A stretch of 64,000 nt of DNA from Hyaloraphidium curvatum SAG 235-1 (lineage: Eukaryota > Fungi > Monoblepharomycota). Of this stretch, positions 13,019 through 23,219 are shown one piece after another. The stretch spans positions 558,001 to 622,000 of the forward strand of contig JAIVFI010000021.1 in the NCBI GenBank assembly GCA_025558095.1, in the 5' to 3' direction. Every line of letters begins with the position of its first letter. The first letter of the stretch is position 1. Both the position numbers and the translations under genes were made by a program. The notes under the pieces are model-generated. The model saw only the letters and a list, made by a program, of their open reading frames with translations. It made no database searches and was not told the DNA's origin.

Positions 13019-13385
13019 CCTCCCTGCCGGGGGGAGGGGTTGCGGGTGCGGTGGCGAGGGATGGGACGGGCAAGTAACTTGGACGCCTGAAGCTCTGTGT
13101 CGGATCGGTTTTCGGGAGCTCTACGACACGGGCGTCATCGAGTCCATCGACGTTGTCAAGGATTTCTCGACCGCTCTTTCGTCGGATTTACTCCGTTGGC
13201 ACGGTACAAATTGTCCTCGCCACCTCTCGAGCTCGTGGTTTTTGCTCCTATACCGCTTCCGCATGCCGCAAAAGCCGGAGCAGAAGTTCGCGAAAACGGG
13301 AATCCGAGCCTTGCCTTTGCTGCATTGGTAGCCATCTCCAAACAGCCATGGGCGGCGCGCCCGGCCGCACCCTTGGCGTCTGCCG

Positions 13386-14405
13386 CTACGTTGTCAGGTT
13401 GCCGGGCTGCGCGTCAAGCCACGTCACGCTACCCAGCCGTGTCAGGCGCAGATAATCCTCGCGCCGCACGAGCCACAAATGCTTCTGCCACGCGGCGTTC
13501 CACGACTCGAAACAATCAGTGTCGTTGAGGTAGTTTGATTTGGAGTAGCAGAACTGGCAGCCAGAAAAATGGACGGCCGTGAAGATGGACTCGTTGCGGT
13601 TGTAGATGGAAGATCGCGAGCCCTTCCCAATCCACATGTCCGGAGAGTTGAAAGCCTGGCTCTCCCAGTAGACCTTGGCACGGTCCTGGGTCGGCAGTTG
13701 GTTCAGAAGGTACACCAAGGCGGTCTGGTCTTGGATCCACTTGTTGTACCGCTCCCCGAAGAAGGCCTTGATCTTCAAAGCAACCTCGTCCGTGTCTCTG
13801 GTGGGCCCACAGAAAACTCTCGCGATTGCCAGCTGGCGATCGAGGAAGGAGCGCATCCATGGAGTGTTTCGCAAGAGGAGCACGCCGGAGTTGAGGCAAT
13901 GTTGCGTGTCTGGGTCTTTACCATAGACCTTTTGCGGATCACCCGAGATGACAAGGTCCGCCTGCGGCGGGTAGCGGTTCAGCGGGAGCGGCACGTGGGG
14001 GTGCAACACGATAGAGTCGATGTCGCTCATGAAGAACCACTCGACATCAGGATAGAGCCGCAGAGCTCGATGAAGCAGTGCGACCTTGTTCCAATGACCG
14101 TCCACGTCGGGGTTGACCGTCGCCTCTACGTGGAACCTGTACCCGTGCAGTCGCGCAAAGTCGAGACGGTTCCTCAGGGACTCCGCTTTCTGTATCTCCC
14201 CTTCCAAGCGCAAGCATGCATATGGCACCATGGCCATGAGGACCATTACAGATGGTTGCACGCTCTCGGCGGGCTGGAGTGCGAGGTCGCCGAGGCCCGG
14301 CACCATGAAAGGTACCCGCCGGAACAGTGCACTCATGTAGAGAGCCACGACCATGATCCCAATAATGAAAACTGGCCGTCGGCATTGTCGGATGGCTTGC
14401 GACAT
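13386..14405 (-). CDS. GT34 family glycosyltransferase (GMA12/MNN10/XXT family), intronless
   Basis: N-terminal TM; NRLDFARLHGY, WNKVALL, VEWFFMSDIDS, LNSGVLLLRNTPW, DQTALVYLL, VHFSGCQFC. Confidence 0.9.
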   Translation of the reverse strand: MSQAIRQCRRPVFIIGIMVVALYMSALFRRVPFMVPGLGDLALQPAESVQPSVMVLMAMVPYACLRLEGEIQKAESLRNRLDFARLHGYRFHVEATVNPDVDGHWNKVALLHRALRLYPDVEWFFMSDIDSIVLHPHVPLPLNRYPPQADLVISGDPQKVYGKDPDTQHCLNSGVLLLRNTPWMRSFLDRQLAIARVFCGPTRDTDEVALKIKAFFGERYNKWIQDQTALVYLLNQLPTQDRAKVYWESQAFNSPDMWIGKGSRSSIYNRNESIFTAVHFSGCQFCYSKSNYLNDTDCFESWNAAWQKHLWLVRREDYLRLTRLGSVTWLDAQPGNLTT

Positions 14406-14645
14406 TGCCTAGTTTCATGCTCCCTGCTGTGCCAGTAGAGTACGCGCTCCTCTGTGTGCTTCCTCGAGGATGGTCGTGCTCGAAATCACAGATCACGAAT
14501 CACAAAGCTCCGCACATTTCCAAATAGGAGGTCTGTAGACTGGACAGGGCTGAAGGCTTCCTTCTTTCGGATCTGGATTCGGCTGCCAGCTGGGCCGGAG
14601 CCCGGAGCTCTGTTTGTTTTTCGGCAGGGGTATCACATTCCTTCC

Positions 14646-17600
14646 CTAGGTCTGCAAGCTTTCGCTCTTTACACTCGCAGCCCGCACGGCTTGCTTCATG
14701 GCATCCGCCTGCTCCCTGGCGAGCTTGCGCGCAAACTCGTATACCGCAATGTCGTCCGAGACGCGCTCCGCAACCTGCCCGATGAAAACATCTCCAAAGG
14801 CGGAGCGGTTCACGTGCTTGATGGAGAGGTCCGGTGGTGGATGTATCCACTCAGCCTGTCCCCTCAGCACGGCAAAGAACGAAGCCAGTTCTTCCACGAC
14901 ACCAACGACGTGGTACTCGGCCAAGTTGGCCTTGGCACACTCCAACGAAGCATAAGAATACTGGCGAAAGAGCTGCGGGGGGCACAGCTGCTGCACGAGC
15001 CAGTCGCCCCCAATCATGCCCCTTGCAAGGACCTCCTTCATGGACAAGCCTTGCATGGCCTTGGATCCTTTCAGCTCTTCGTACATGGCCAATGCCCGGT
15101 CAACGGGGTCGCGAACAACGATGGCGTAGTGTCCGCAGCGGAAGTTTGGGGCGATGCGATGGGCAAAGTTGCCAATAAAGACGTCAACCCGCCGCTGCTC
15201 CGCCTCTGTGAGGTTGACCTGCCCTGTCCAGTGGTAGAAGACGGCCAGCTGAGCTTGGGAAGCGCTGTTCTGGAGCGCGGAGATCACAGACGGAGGCGTG
15301 CTTCCGGCAGAGTGCATGAACATCAGGGGGAGCAAGGAGGAGGGTTGTGCCTTCGGTGGATCCCGTGCCAAATCTCTGCACTTCACATTGGTAACCACAA
15401 AGTGGCGGTTTATTGCAGGGGCCATCCTCCCGCTGGCTGGTGGGGGCAGCCGTTGTGCAAAAGACGTCGGACCTTGAAACACCCACCCGTCTTTACAGTG
15501 CTCGACTCCGCAGCGGTCAACATCGACGCGCTCATCTGATCGCCTCCAGTTGTCCCTGTGTACAGTGCCGTTGGCATCGCGCCGAACTTTGCTGCAATGC
15601 CTGTGCAGGATCTTGAGGGATTTGCAAGGATTCGACAAAAGAAAGCCGGCCTTTTTCAAGGCGTGCACCACAACGTTTTCGGCACCGGACAAGTTGGGCA
15701 CGAAGTCCAGCTCGTTCACAGTAGCATTGGGAAAGCCGGCATCCGAGCGGAAGAGAAACCCATCGTGTGAAAGAAAACCCCGCGCTGATTTCTCGTAAAG
15801 GTCGCAAAGGCTTGTGCCATTGCAAGTTTGATCAAGTTCATCACGCGTGAGGGCCAAGACCTCGTCGCTGCCCAAGGTCTCCCAAGTAACTTGCTCAAAG
15901 CCAGGACCTAGCTGGATATCCGCATTAACGTAGAGAACAATTGCATCCGTCAAGTTTGCGGCGTAGCGGAGAACATCAGAGTACGTTAGCCGCCGTCCTA
16001 GAAGCGTGCTGCGAATCTTGCCACAAGGATCTTGATTCTGGGACTCCCATCTTCGAGCGAAGTAATCGACCGACTGCTGCGATTCGTGAAGCACGTGGAT
16101 AGCCTCGATGTGTGGGTGCCGGAGATTGGCTCCAAGCGTCTCCTCGTATTCCAAACGGCGCGAATCCAGGAGCGCATCTCCACCAGGACCCTGATCTGGG
16201 ATGTGATCGTGCTGCAAGATAAGGTGGATCCTTCCATCCGGACAGCTTGCACCGCACGCAAACTCGAAAGTCTTCGGCCTCCTTCCGAGAAGCCTGGCAA
16301 GCTCCGTGAAGGATGACCAGAAGGACCCGAGGATGGTAGATGTGGAAGCAAGCAGATAAAGTTCAGCCACCGCTGTTCGGAGGCATTCGAGGGTCCGATT
16401 GGAGCAGGATTCCGATAGTGAAACAACCGAGTCCGATCCAAACACTGCCTCGAAGGCTTGCGTGCTCATAGGGTGATCCGAGGAAACGAACACGCCCGAG
16501 ATGTTCATGTTCCTCAGTCGAGCAATGAAGGGCTCGTGAGTGCAAGCAAGGCGAAAGCGTCGCAGTTTGGCCAAATCCCGGGGCGTGTACTCCTTGTCCA
16601 CGCCCTCAAACTCAAGGTCTGGTGCCATTGATCTGACGTGTACCCCGACCAGCTTCCCCAAATCCCTGCCTGCGGCGACAGATTGAACCATGGCGTGGAT
16701 TTCCGGTTTCGGACGGAGCTGCGTTAGCTCTGTGGCCACCGAGTCATCACTCACAGATGAATGGTTCAGCTGGTATGCTGTCTTCACGTAGATGTGCTTT
16801 GGTGAGGTGGCATTTATGTACTGGGCCTTGATTCCACCTTCTGCTTCCATGTAATTCTGAGGTGTGCGGATCAGTTCAAGGCGGAGACAGGCGGTTCGTC
16901 ACGAACCCACATAGACATCCACACGCAAAGGATCCACGTCTAGTTCATTAAAGCGGTAGACGAAGTCAATGGCAGGCGAGCCTCCAGGATCTAGATCGAA
17001 GAGATCCCCAAACTTGACGGGCATGTGCAGGTCCAGACCCCAAATGACACGCAAGGACCGTGTAGTGGCCCTGGCCAGAGCCATGGCAGAAGCTAGGGCC
17101 CGTAGTCTGTTCCCCAGTCCATGTTGGACATGGACAATGATCCACCGTTGGCGAGAATTGTGGTAGTACAAAGCCAGAAGGGAGTTGAGGTGCTCGAGAT
17201 CATCCAAAGAATCGATGTAGGTCCGAGGAATTGCAGACGAGTAACCCAAAACGCGGCGGGTGATGTTCAGGGTGACTTCATGTACTTCCGACACCGCGAG
17301 GTCAGCCAGAGTCGGAGGGCACGAAATGGACTTCTGCACAAACAGAATTTGTCCCCCAGAGGACCCATTGGCAGTCCATCCGCAACTCTGTAGCTTCGCT
17401 TCTGTCCACGACCCGAGCTTTTCGATCAGCCCCTGGTTCACCAGTATGTCGACATCGGTGAAGGTCATGCGGCGATCCTTCACATCGGAGGCCCGAATCG
17501 AGTCATCGTGCAAGTCGTGCTTGATGTAGTCCAAATCTAGGGCTGCCTCTGCCAGGCCACTGCGGCGCAGACGTTGGTACATGTCGTCGTCGTCATAGCC

Positions 17601-18194
17601 ATAACTGTGAATGCGCTCGTCATAACCCCGAACGCGCAGAAAGTCCGATCGGCGCAAAAACAGGGCGCCATTCAAGTGCCTCTCATTCTCGTTACGCGCG
17701 AGTTTCCACAATCCGCGATAAAAGACCCCCGGGGGAAGCGGGTGGGCCGTGACAAAGTTCGGATCCAGGCAGTCGTCGGCATCGAGCTTGAGAAGGGCTT
17801 CGGATCGAGCCAGCCGCGCACCGAGGTTGAAAGCCCAGCTGAGCCTCCACGATGTCTCGTTGTCGACCCGGACAACCTTCACGCGGGGATCCGTGGTCGC
17901 GTCGTTATCAAGTTCGAAAGGCGGGTCCGACGACCAATCGACCACAAGGATCTCCTCAATGTGCGCTGCTGCACGCCACGAGGGCAGACATCGGCGCAGA
18001 AACTCCCCACGATTCATCGTCGCCGTAATGATTGAAATTGAGGTCGGGCGAGACCTCACATGGTCCGAGGCCTCGGGCCACCGCCAGACCCAGAATCGTG
18101 AAACGAGGAGGTAGCACATGAGCCACAGAGGCAGCCGCGTGCCCAGACAGAGGCGTAGGACGCGTCGACGAATCATCATCGCACCTGGACTCAT
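14646..18194 (-). CDS. Four-domain Golgi-type glycan enzyme: GT2/GT7C-like, fucosyltransferase-like (GT-B), uncharacterised GT-A and sulfotransferase-like domains
   Basis: ORFs 16899..18200 and 14646..16850 are joined by phase-0 intron 16857-16910. Motifs: ISIITATMNR..LVVDWSS..LLKLDADD..GYDERIHSYGYDDDD; HVQHGLGNRLRALASA..VGVHVR..VFVSSD..AELYLLA..GSFWSSF; YVNADI..LALTR..SHDGFLF..GAEN..NPC..HRH; VVRDPVDRALAMY..AKANL..VVGVVE..DIAVYEFA. Confidence 0.8.
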
Positions 18195-18343
18195 GAGCAA
18201 CCAGTGAGGGACCTAGTGTCCCTTTTTGAAGGGTCCGATCGAGGGTCACGAGTCACGAGACGCCCAAACAAACTCACAAATCTTCACCCAACCTGCATCG
18301 AGCCCACATTAGAAAATGCCAATGGCATGAGGGCGTGCGAAGC

Positions 18344-19328
18344 ATGCTCCGTCACTCGAGGATTTTGCTTGCCTTCCTACTGGGCGTATGCTCGTCCTTC
18401 TTCCTCAACTCGTTACCGTTGGCTTCAGAATCCATTTGCTTTAAAGGGACGGACCTGCCACTCCTTATCGTTGAAACCGCCTATAAACCGGCGTTCTACA
18501 TTTCGATGCATCACCCCAAAGATGACAATCCTCGTGCGTCGCTACTCACAACGGGGGAGTACTACGAATCTGCCGATCTACGTTACCTGGCAAACACGCT
18601 GCATCAGTATCCACACGGAGCTGTGCTTGATGTTGGGGCAAACATCGGTATATTCAGCTTGTTCGCTGCATCGCAGGGGGCACAAAGGATTTATGCTTTC
18701 GAGCCGAATCCGAGAAACGTTGCCAAACTGAGGCAATCTATCGCTGCCAATCCCGCCCCCATCATCACTATAATTGAGGCTGGGGCAAGCAATGTCACTG
18801 GCGTGGCCAACTTCTCTGCCCCACCTTGGAACACAGGCATGGGCAGAATTTCCCATGAGCTCATTCAACCCAACAAAAGCCATCTCCATGGCTTTACAGC
18901 GGCAGTCAAAATGGTTTCAATCGATGCTGTTGTTCCAACGAACACGGAGATTTCATTTTTGAAGATTGATGTTGAAGGCAATGAATTGTTTGCCCTGCGT
19001 TCTGCCTCGCATTTCATTCGATCGGGAAAAGTGCAAGTGATTATGGTGGAAATCACCCAAAGCGGCGGGTTTGAAACTTTGGGCATAGATGAAATGTTTG
19101 AGTGGATGTACTCTCACGGGTATGCTGTTGCTGTACCTGCTGGGAACTCGTCCCTGTTTCCATTCGTGGGCAGGATCCAAACGCTTCTTGAGCTGAAGGG
19201 TGATATCAAGAAGCTTGGCGAGGTGGGTTCGACCACATTTGCGTAAACTGCAATTGACTTCCTTCAAGTCGCGCAATTTATATCTTTTGTCCAGGAACGC
19301 GCAAAACCGTGTCCATGTTGATGCTTAG
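18344..19328 (+). CDS. FkbM-family (Methyltransf_21) SAM-dependent methyltransferase with N-terminal membrane anchor
   Basis: VLDVGANIGIFSL, IYAFEPNPRN, ISFLKIDVEGNELFAL, VIMVEI. Probable last intron 19223-19268 gives a stop at 19328. Confidence 0.88.
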
Positions 19329-19519
19329 AAGAGTAACTGGGACACCCGAATACGATTTCATTTCGATCTCTCCGAAGCGCTGGTTCTCGGAGATCGGCGT
19401 CACGCACGGCAACGCAAACAGGAACTGGCAGGCCTGTCAGGATCTGCGGACGCAGCAGCCTCCGGGCGAGCCGACGTCGCTGTACGACCCCGCCGGGCGC
19501 TCTGTGGCAGACATCTCGC

Positions 19520-20170
19520 CAAGGGATACTACCAACTGCTTAGGAAGACTTATGCGAGGCGGAAGGGCAACAACCTGTTTGGGTACACCCACCTCCTCCA
19601 GCTTCCTCCACAACCTCGGGCGCTCCACCGTGTCAAAGCCTTTGTGAAATCTACAAACACCATGATCAGCTTCTCCTTGCGTGCCTTGGCCAAGGAGAAG
19701 AGCGCCTCAGCGAGGAATACTGCATGAAGGGTCGACCTCCGTGTCCGGAATCCAAACTGCGAGCCTTCCAGCAGCTTGTTGCACTCAGCCCAGGGAGCTA
19801 GCCGAGCGTTCTCCAGTGTCCTCTCTATGCTGCTGCCTCGGTAGCTGCTGTCAGCTAGCCACGCACGTTCTTGGGCCCCTTCTTGTGCAGCATCACCAGC
19901 AGTGTCTGGCCCCAGTCTTGCATGTCGACGCCATTGAGCACGTCATTGAGCAGGTCGACAACAGAGGACGCAACAGTGGTCACGTCTCGAGGCATCGCAC
20001 AACCAATTCGGCTCCGGAAACGGCGTCCTTGCGTTCAAAGCCTCTCGCAGCTCCAGCCGTCCAGCTGCCATCAGCCCCGGACGAGCCGCGTCTTAGCTTT
20101 TCGAAGACGCCCCGGCCCAGCCCGTGGTGGCTGATGCCGCAACTTGTGGCGCAGCCATCTCGGCGCGACG
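19520..20170 (-). mobile_element. Degraded non-LTR (LINE) retrotransposon reverse-transcriptase fragment
   Basis: The minus strand reads, across frameshifts: KLRRGSSGADG, DWGQTLLVMLHKKG, SYRG, NARLAPWAECNKLLEGSQFGFRTRRST..AVF, KLIMVFVDFTKA/FDTVERPRLWRKLEEVGVP. These are classic LINE RT subdomain motifs. Confidence 0.85.
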
Positions 20171-20843
20171 CAGCACCCGGACCCGTCCTCCTTTGCAACA
20201 ACTGCACCTGTCAGAACGAGTGCCGACACGCCACGCACGCCCTGTGGCGCGCGTTTTTCCGGAACACCGTCGTCAAGCGGATCAAGGTCGCGGCATCGGA
20301 GGCATTGCTCTGGATTCCCGCGCTGGTCCCGGCGAACACGGCGTTGAAGGAGCAGAAGCAGAAGCCGCGGGGGTTAGGCGGGCAGAAGGGTGGTCGCCAG
20401 AGGGTGCGAAGCGCAGCGGCGCCGATTGCCGCGGGTCCGGATCCCGGGGAGGGCGACGACGTTTCGAGCGGCGGTGCTTCCGACGGCGTTGCTTCGGACG
20501 GCGACGACGAAGGAGCGCCCTCGGCCAAGCGGCCGAAGCTCGATGATGGCGCCGAGGAGCCGGAGGATGTGTCGGCGGAGGCGGAAGGGGAGCCGGCGAG
20601 TGCGGTGGCGGAGGCGGAGGCGGGCGACCCCGAACGGGTGTTCAGGCTCTTCCGCCACGAGCTCGAGCACCCTCGCTGCCGTCACCAGGGCTGGTCAAAC
20701 TGCGTGTTCGAGGACGAGTACGATCCTTCCGACGAGGAGACGTGGGGCTGGGAAGACCCCGACTGGGAGGACGGCGAATGGGTCGAGCTGTAGATGGAGT
20801 GAAATCGAGGAGATGGAACGCTAGCGACGTCATCGTCTCCCGA
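20171..20843 (+). pseudogene. 5'-truncated copy of the 3' end of the 24996-28686 gene, including the stop codon and about 50 nt of 3' flank
   Basis: Near-identical to 28073-28734, from CAGCACCCGGACCCGTCCTCC to GACGTCATCGTCTCC. Confidence 0.9.
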
Positions 20844-20849
20844 CAAAGT

Positions 20850-21500
20850 CGCGGATCTATCCGGCCACCTCAAATAGCAATGCCGTCATATACATGCACT
20901 GTTTGCTGCAGTCGGAATTGCGGGATGTTTCATGAGGGCGTCGATGGTCACCTCTTTCGGACTGACGAAGCGGTTGTACTCGTAGGCATGCCGGTCCTCG
21001 AGATCCACCAACCGCGCAGGCAGCTCGGTGCCCTCCTTCAAGCTCGTGAGCAAATTATACACCTCTTGTACCATCACGGGGAGTCGCGCATCCAGACGAT
21101 CCCTGCAGACACGCACTAGCAGTACAAGTACAAGCAGTGCATGGTTGTTTATCGTCATCACCCGGACTCGCCGATTGGTTCTCCATCTCAGTAGCTTTTG
21201 CCATTCTGCTGAACAAGTAGAGTGCGTACTTCCATGCTGGGTAGATCTACAATAGCGATAGTCTGCCAGAATGCGATAATAGATATGCTGTATCTTTTTC
21301 TGGGCCCGCGGTGGCCGCAGCTTTTCACTTTTGGCTTGTCAAGTCATTTCCAGATTATTCAATGGTGGCAACTTGGAACCATTGCTGCGCCCTGCTGCAC
21401 GCCTTCTACGCTTCGTACCTTCAACACTGCCCATCGCATCACTCTTTAAAGATGCAACGGCCGTATCTGTTGTGTCAGAGTCGCAGTAGCTATGTCCTCG
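20850..21500 (-). mobile_element. Possible upstream part of the same LINE relic (endonuclease-RT linker), heavily decayed
   Basis: AT-richer sequence with stop-riddled frames containing KE*CDGQC (WFDxEC-like) and AFWQTI linker-like words. Weak support. Confidence 0.25.
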
Positions 21501-21581
21501 GCGGTCTGACGGCCTGATGCCTGGAACATCTGGCTCTAGTACCATGTACAGACCAAAACAAAATCCCACGTTTTTGATCCC

Positions 21582-21657
21582 GGGGAGGGAAGGAAGAAGG
21601 GGAGAAGAAGGGAAAAGGGAAAGGAAGAAGAAAAGAAGAGGAGGGAGGGAGAAGGAA
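21582..21657 (+). repeat. 76-nt pure polypurine (GA) tract
   Basis: GGGGAGGGAAGGAAGAAGG...GGGAGAAGGAA with no pyrimidine. Confidence 0.9.
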
Positions 21658-23155
21658 CGGGAACACAGAGAAGAAGCGTACGATCGTCATGTATTTGTCA
21701 ATCTTCACGTACTCGCTTCCGCGACCTCGTTTTCCTCGATCGCCTTCTGCGGAGCCATGCTATAGTCAATCATATGCGTGGCCATCCTCCATGGCGGTCC
21801 TGCGCGTTGGAGACACGTTCGGGAACACCGCTTTCGAGAGAGGTCCTGCACCGCTCCCTTCCCTTCCTCTTCTTGGCGGTCGCGTGAGCGTTAACGAGAT
21901 TCGATTGCACTTGAAAGTTGCTTTGAGGTGCGCGCCGCGATTCGCTGCCTTCGCTGGTCGCGCTACGGCCAATCCATGGTCGGAGACCGCAAACGCTCCT
22001 TGCTTGGTCCCTTCTCCGGCTTGGTGAAGCTCATCCCAACATCATTGGTGTAGACCACGGCACGTGCGGGCTGTCCTGCGGCCGCGAAGTGCGCGCTGGG
22101 CGGTTCTGCGGCGCGATCTCGGGGAAGGTGGTCAAAGTCCTCAGATGGGTTGGTTCCCCATCGTGCAAGCCCCTGTTAATGACGAATGATGCCCTGTGAT
22201 ATCAGCAAATGATTCGCGGCACGATGCGCTGCAGCAAGAGTACGTCAATGGGTTGATCGAGTTGAGACCTTACCCGCTGGGCGCCAGGGTCGCAGCACAG
22301 CAAAGGTGGCCCAGTTTTCAAGCAAGGAGCAAGCAGTACGTTAGCTGAGCTGCCTATGCTGCGACGGAAGGTGCCCATTTGTGATGCGATCGCTGGCAAA
22401 AGCAGAGGATTGAGGTCGCGAGCGCCAGTGGGAGCCCCGGCGACGCGGCTTGAGGCTCCCTCCCCAGAAGTGTCCCGACTCGAAGGAGCGATGGTAGAGC
22501 CCGCCCACGCTTTAACGCCGGGACCGGCTTCGCCGCCGACGCGCCCTTAAGATGTCGATGTCGGGGTGGCTGGCTGCGAAAGGGCAGATAGCCCGCCCGA
22601 GGCCACAGTCAAGGCCGAGCGGAGGTCCCAGATTCCTCGCTGTCCGTCCGAGCAGCCCTCGCGGTGTCGATGATCCGCGCAAACGCCAGAAGAGGCCCTC
22701 GAGGGTCAGCCAGCGAGCGGGGCCGTCCCTGCCTCCTTCTGGCCTTCTTCGGCCTAGTTATGCCGTCCATCGGCGGCAGACGGCTTGCCACCATGCAGAG
22801 CCCAAGTGGGCGCGGCGAATATGACGTCCTTGGAGAGTCGGTTCCGTGGAAGGAAGAAGGGTGTCCACTTCACGAGGCGACGTCCCAAAGCCGCCCAGGA
22901 ACCGAGCCTATACCGCCCAGCGCCAAGATTTTCTCTTTCTTTTGCCGTTTTGCGAGGATAATCGCGGGATTGACGGGGCATCGAGGCGCGATACGCGCGC
23001 TTCGGATCCCGCGCTTCCGGAACCGTGTCGGCGGGGGCCTTCCAGACCATCGAGGGGCCCGGGAAGCTCCAATCCGGTTGCAAGGATGATCTCCATGCCG
23101 CAGGGCCCGGCGGCGGTGGTCCAGCGCATCGCATTTTGATCCTGGGCGGGTTCGA

Positions 23156-23219
23156 AGTTGAAGTGGGGTTAACCGAGTTGAAGTGGAGTTAACTCCGCAC
23201 GGTGCCCGTTAGTTGAAGG
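23156..23219 (+). repeat. Short direct repeats AGTTGAAGTGG[G/A]GTTAAC x2 plus AGTTGAAG, with palindrome GGAGTTAACTCC
   Basis: Copies at 23156, 23176 and 23211; palindrome at 23185-23196. Confidence 0.7.

Noticed and set aside
10210-15539. Long plus-strand ORFs (10210..11400, 11276..12265, 12189..13331, 13569..14438, 14454..15539)
   Set aside because: Antisense to clear glycosyltransferase genes; explained by GC and codon bias.
19681-20793. 370-aa plus-strand ORF as a genuine gene
   Set aside because: A chimera of antisense LINE RT sequence and the duplicated 3' end of the 24996-28686 gene; it starts at GTG.
23156-23219. CRISPR-like array
   Set aside because: Only 2-3 short units with no spacers, in a eukaryotic context with no cas genes.
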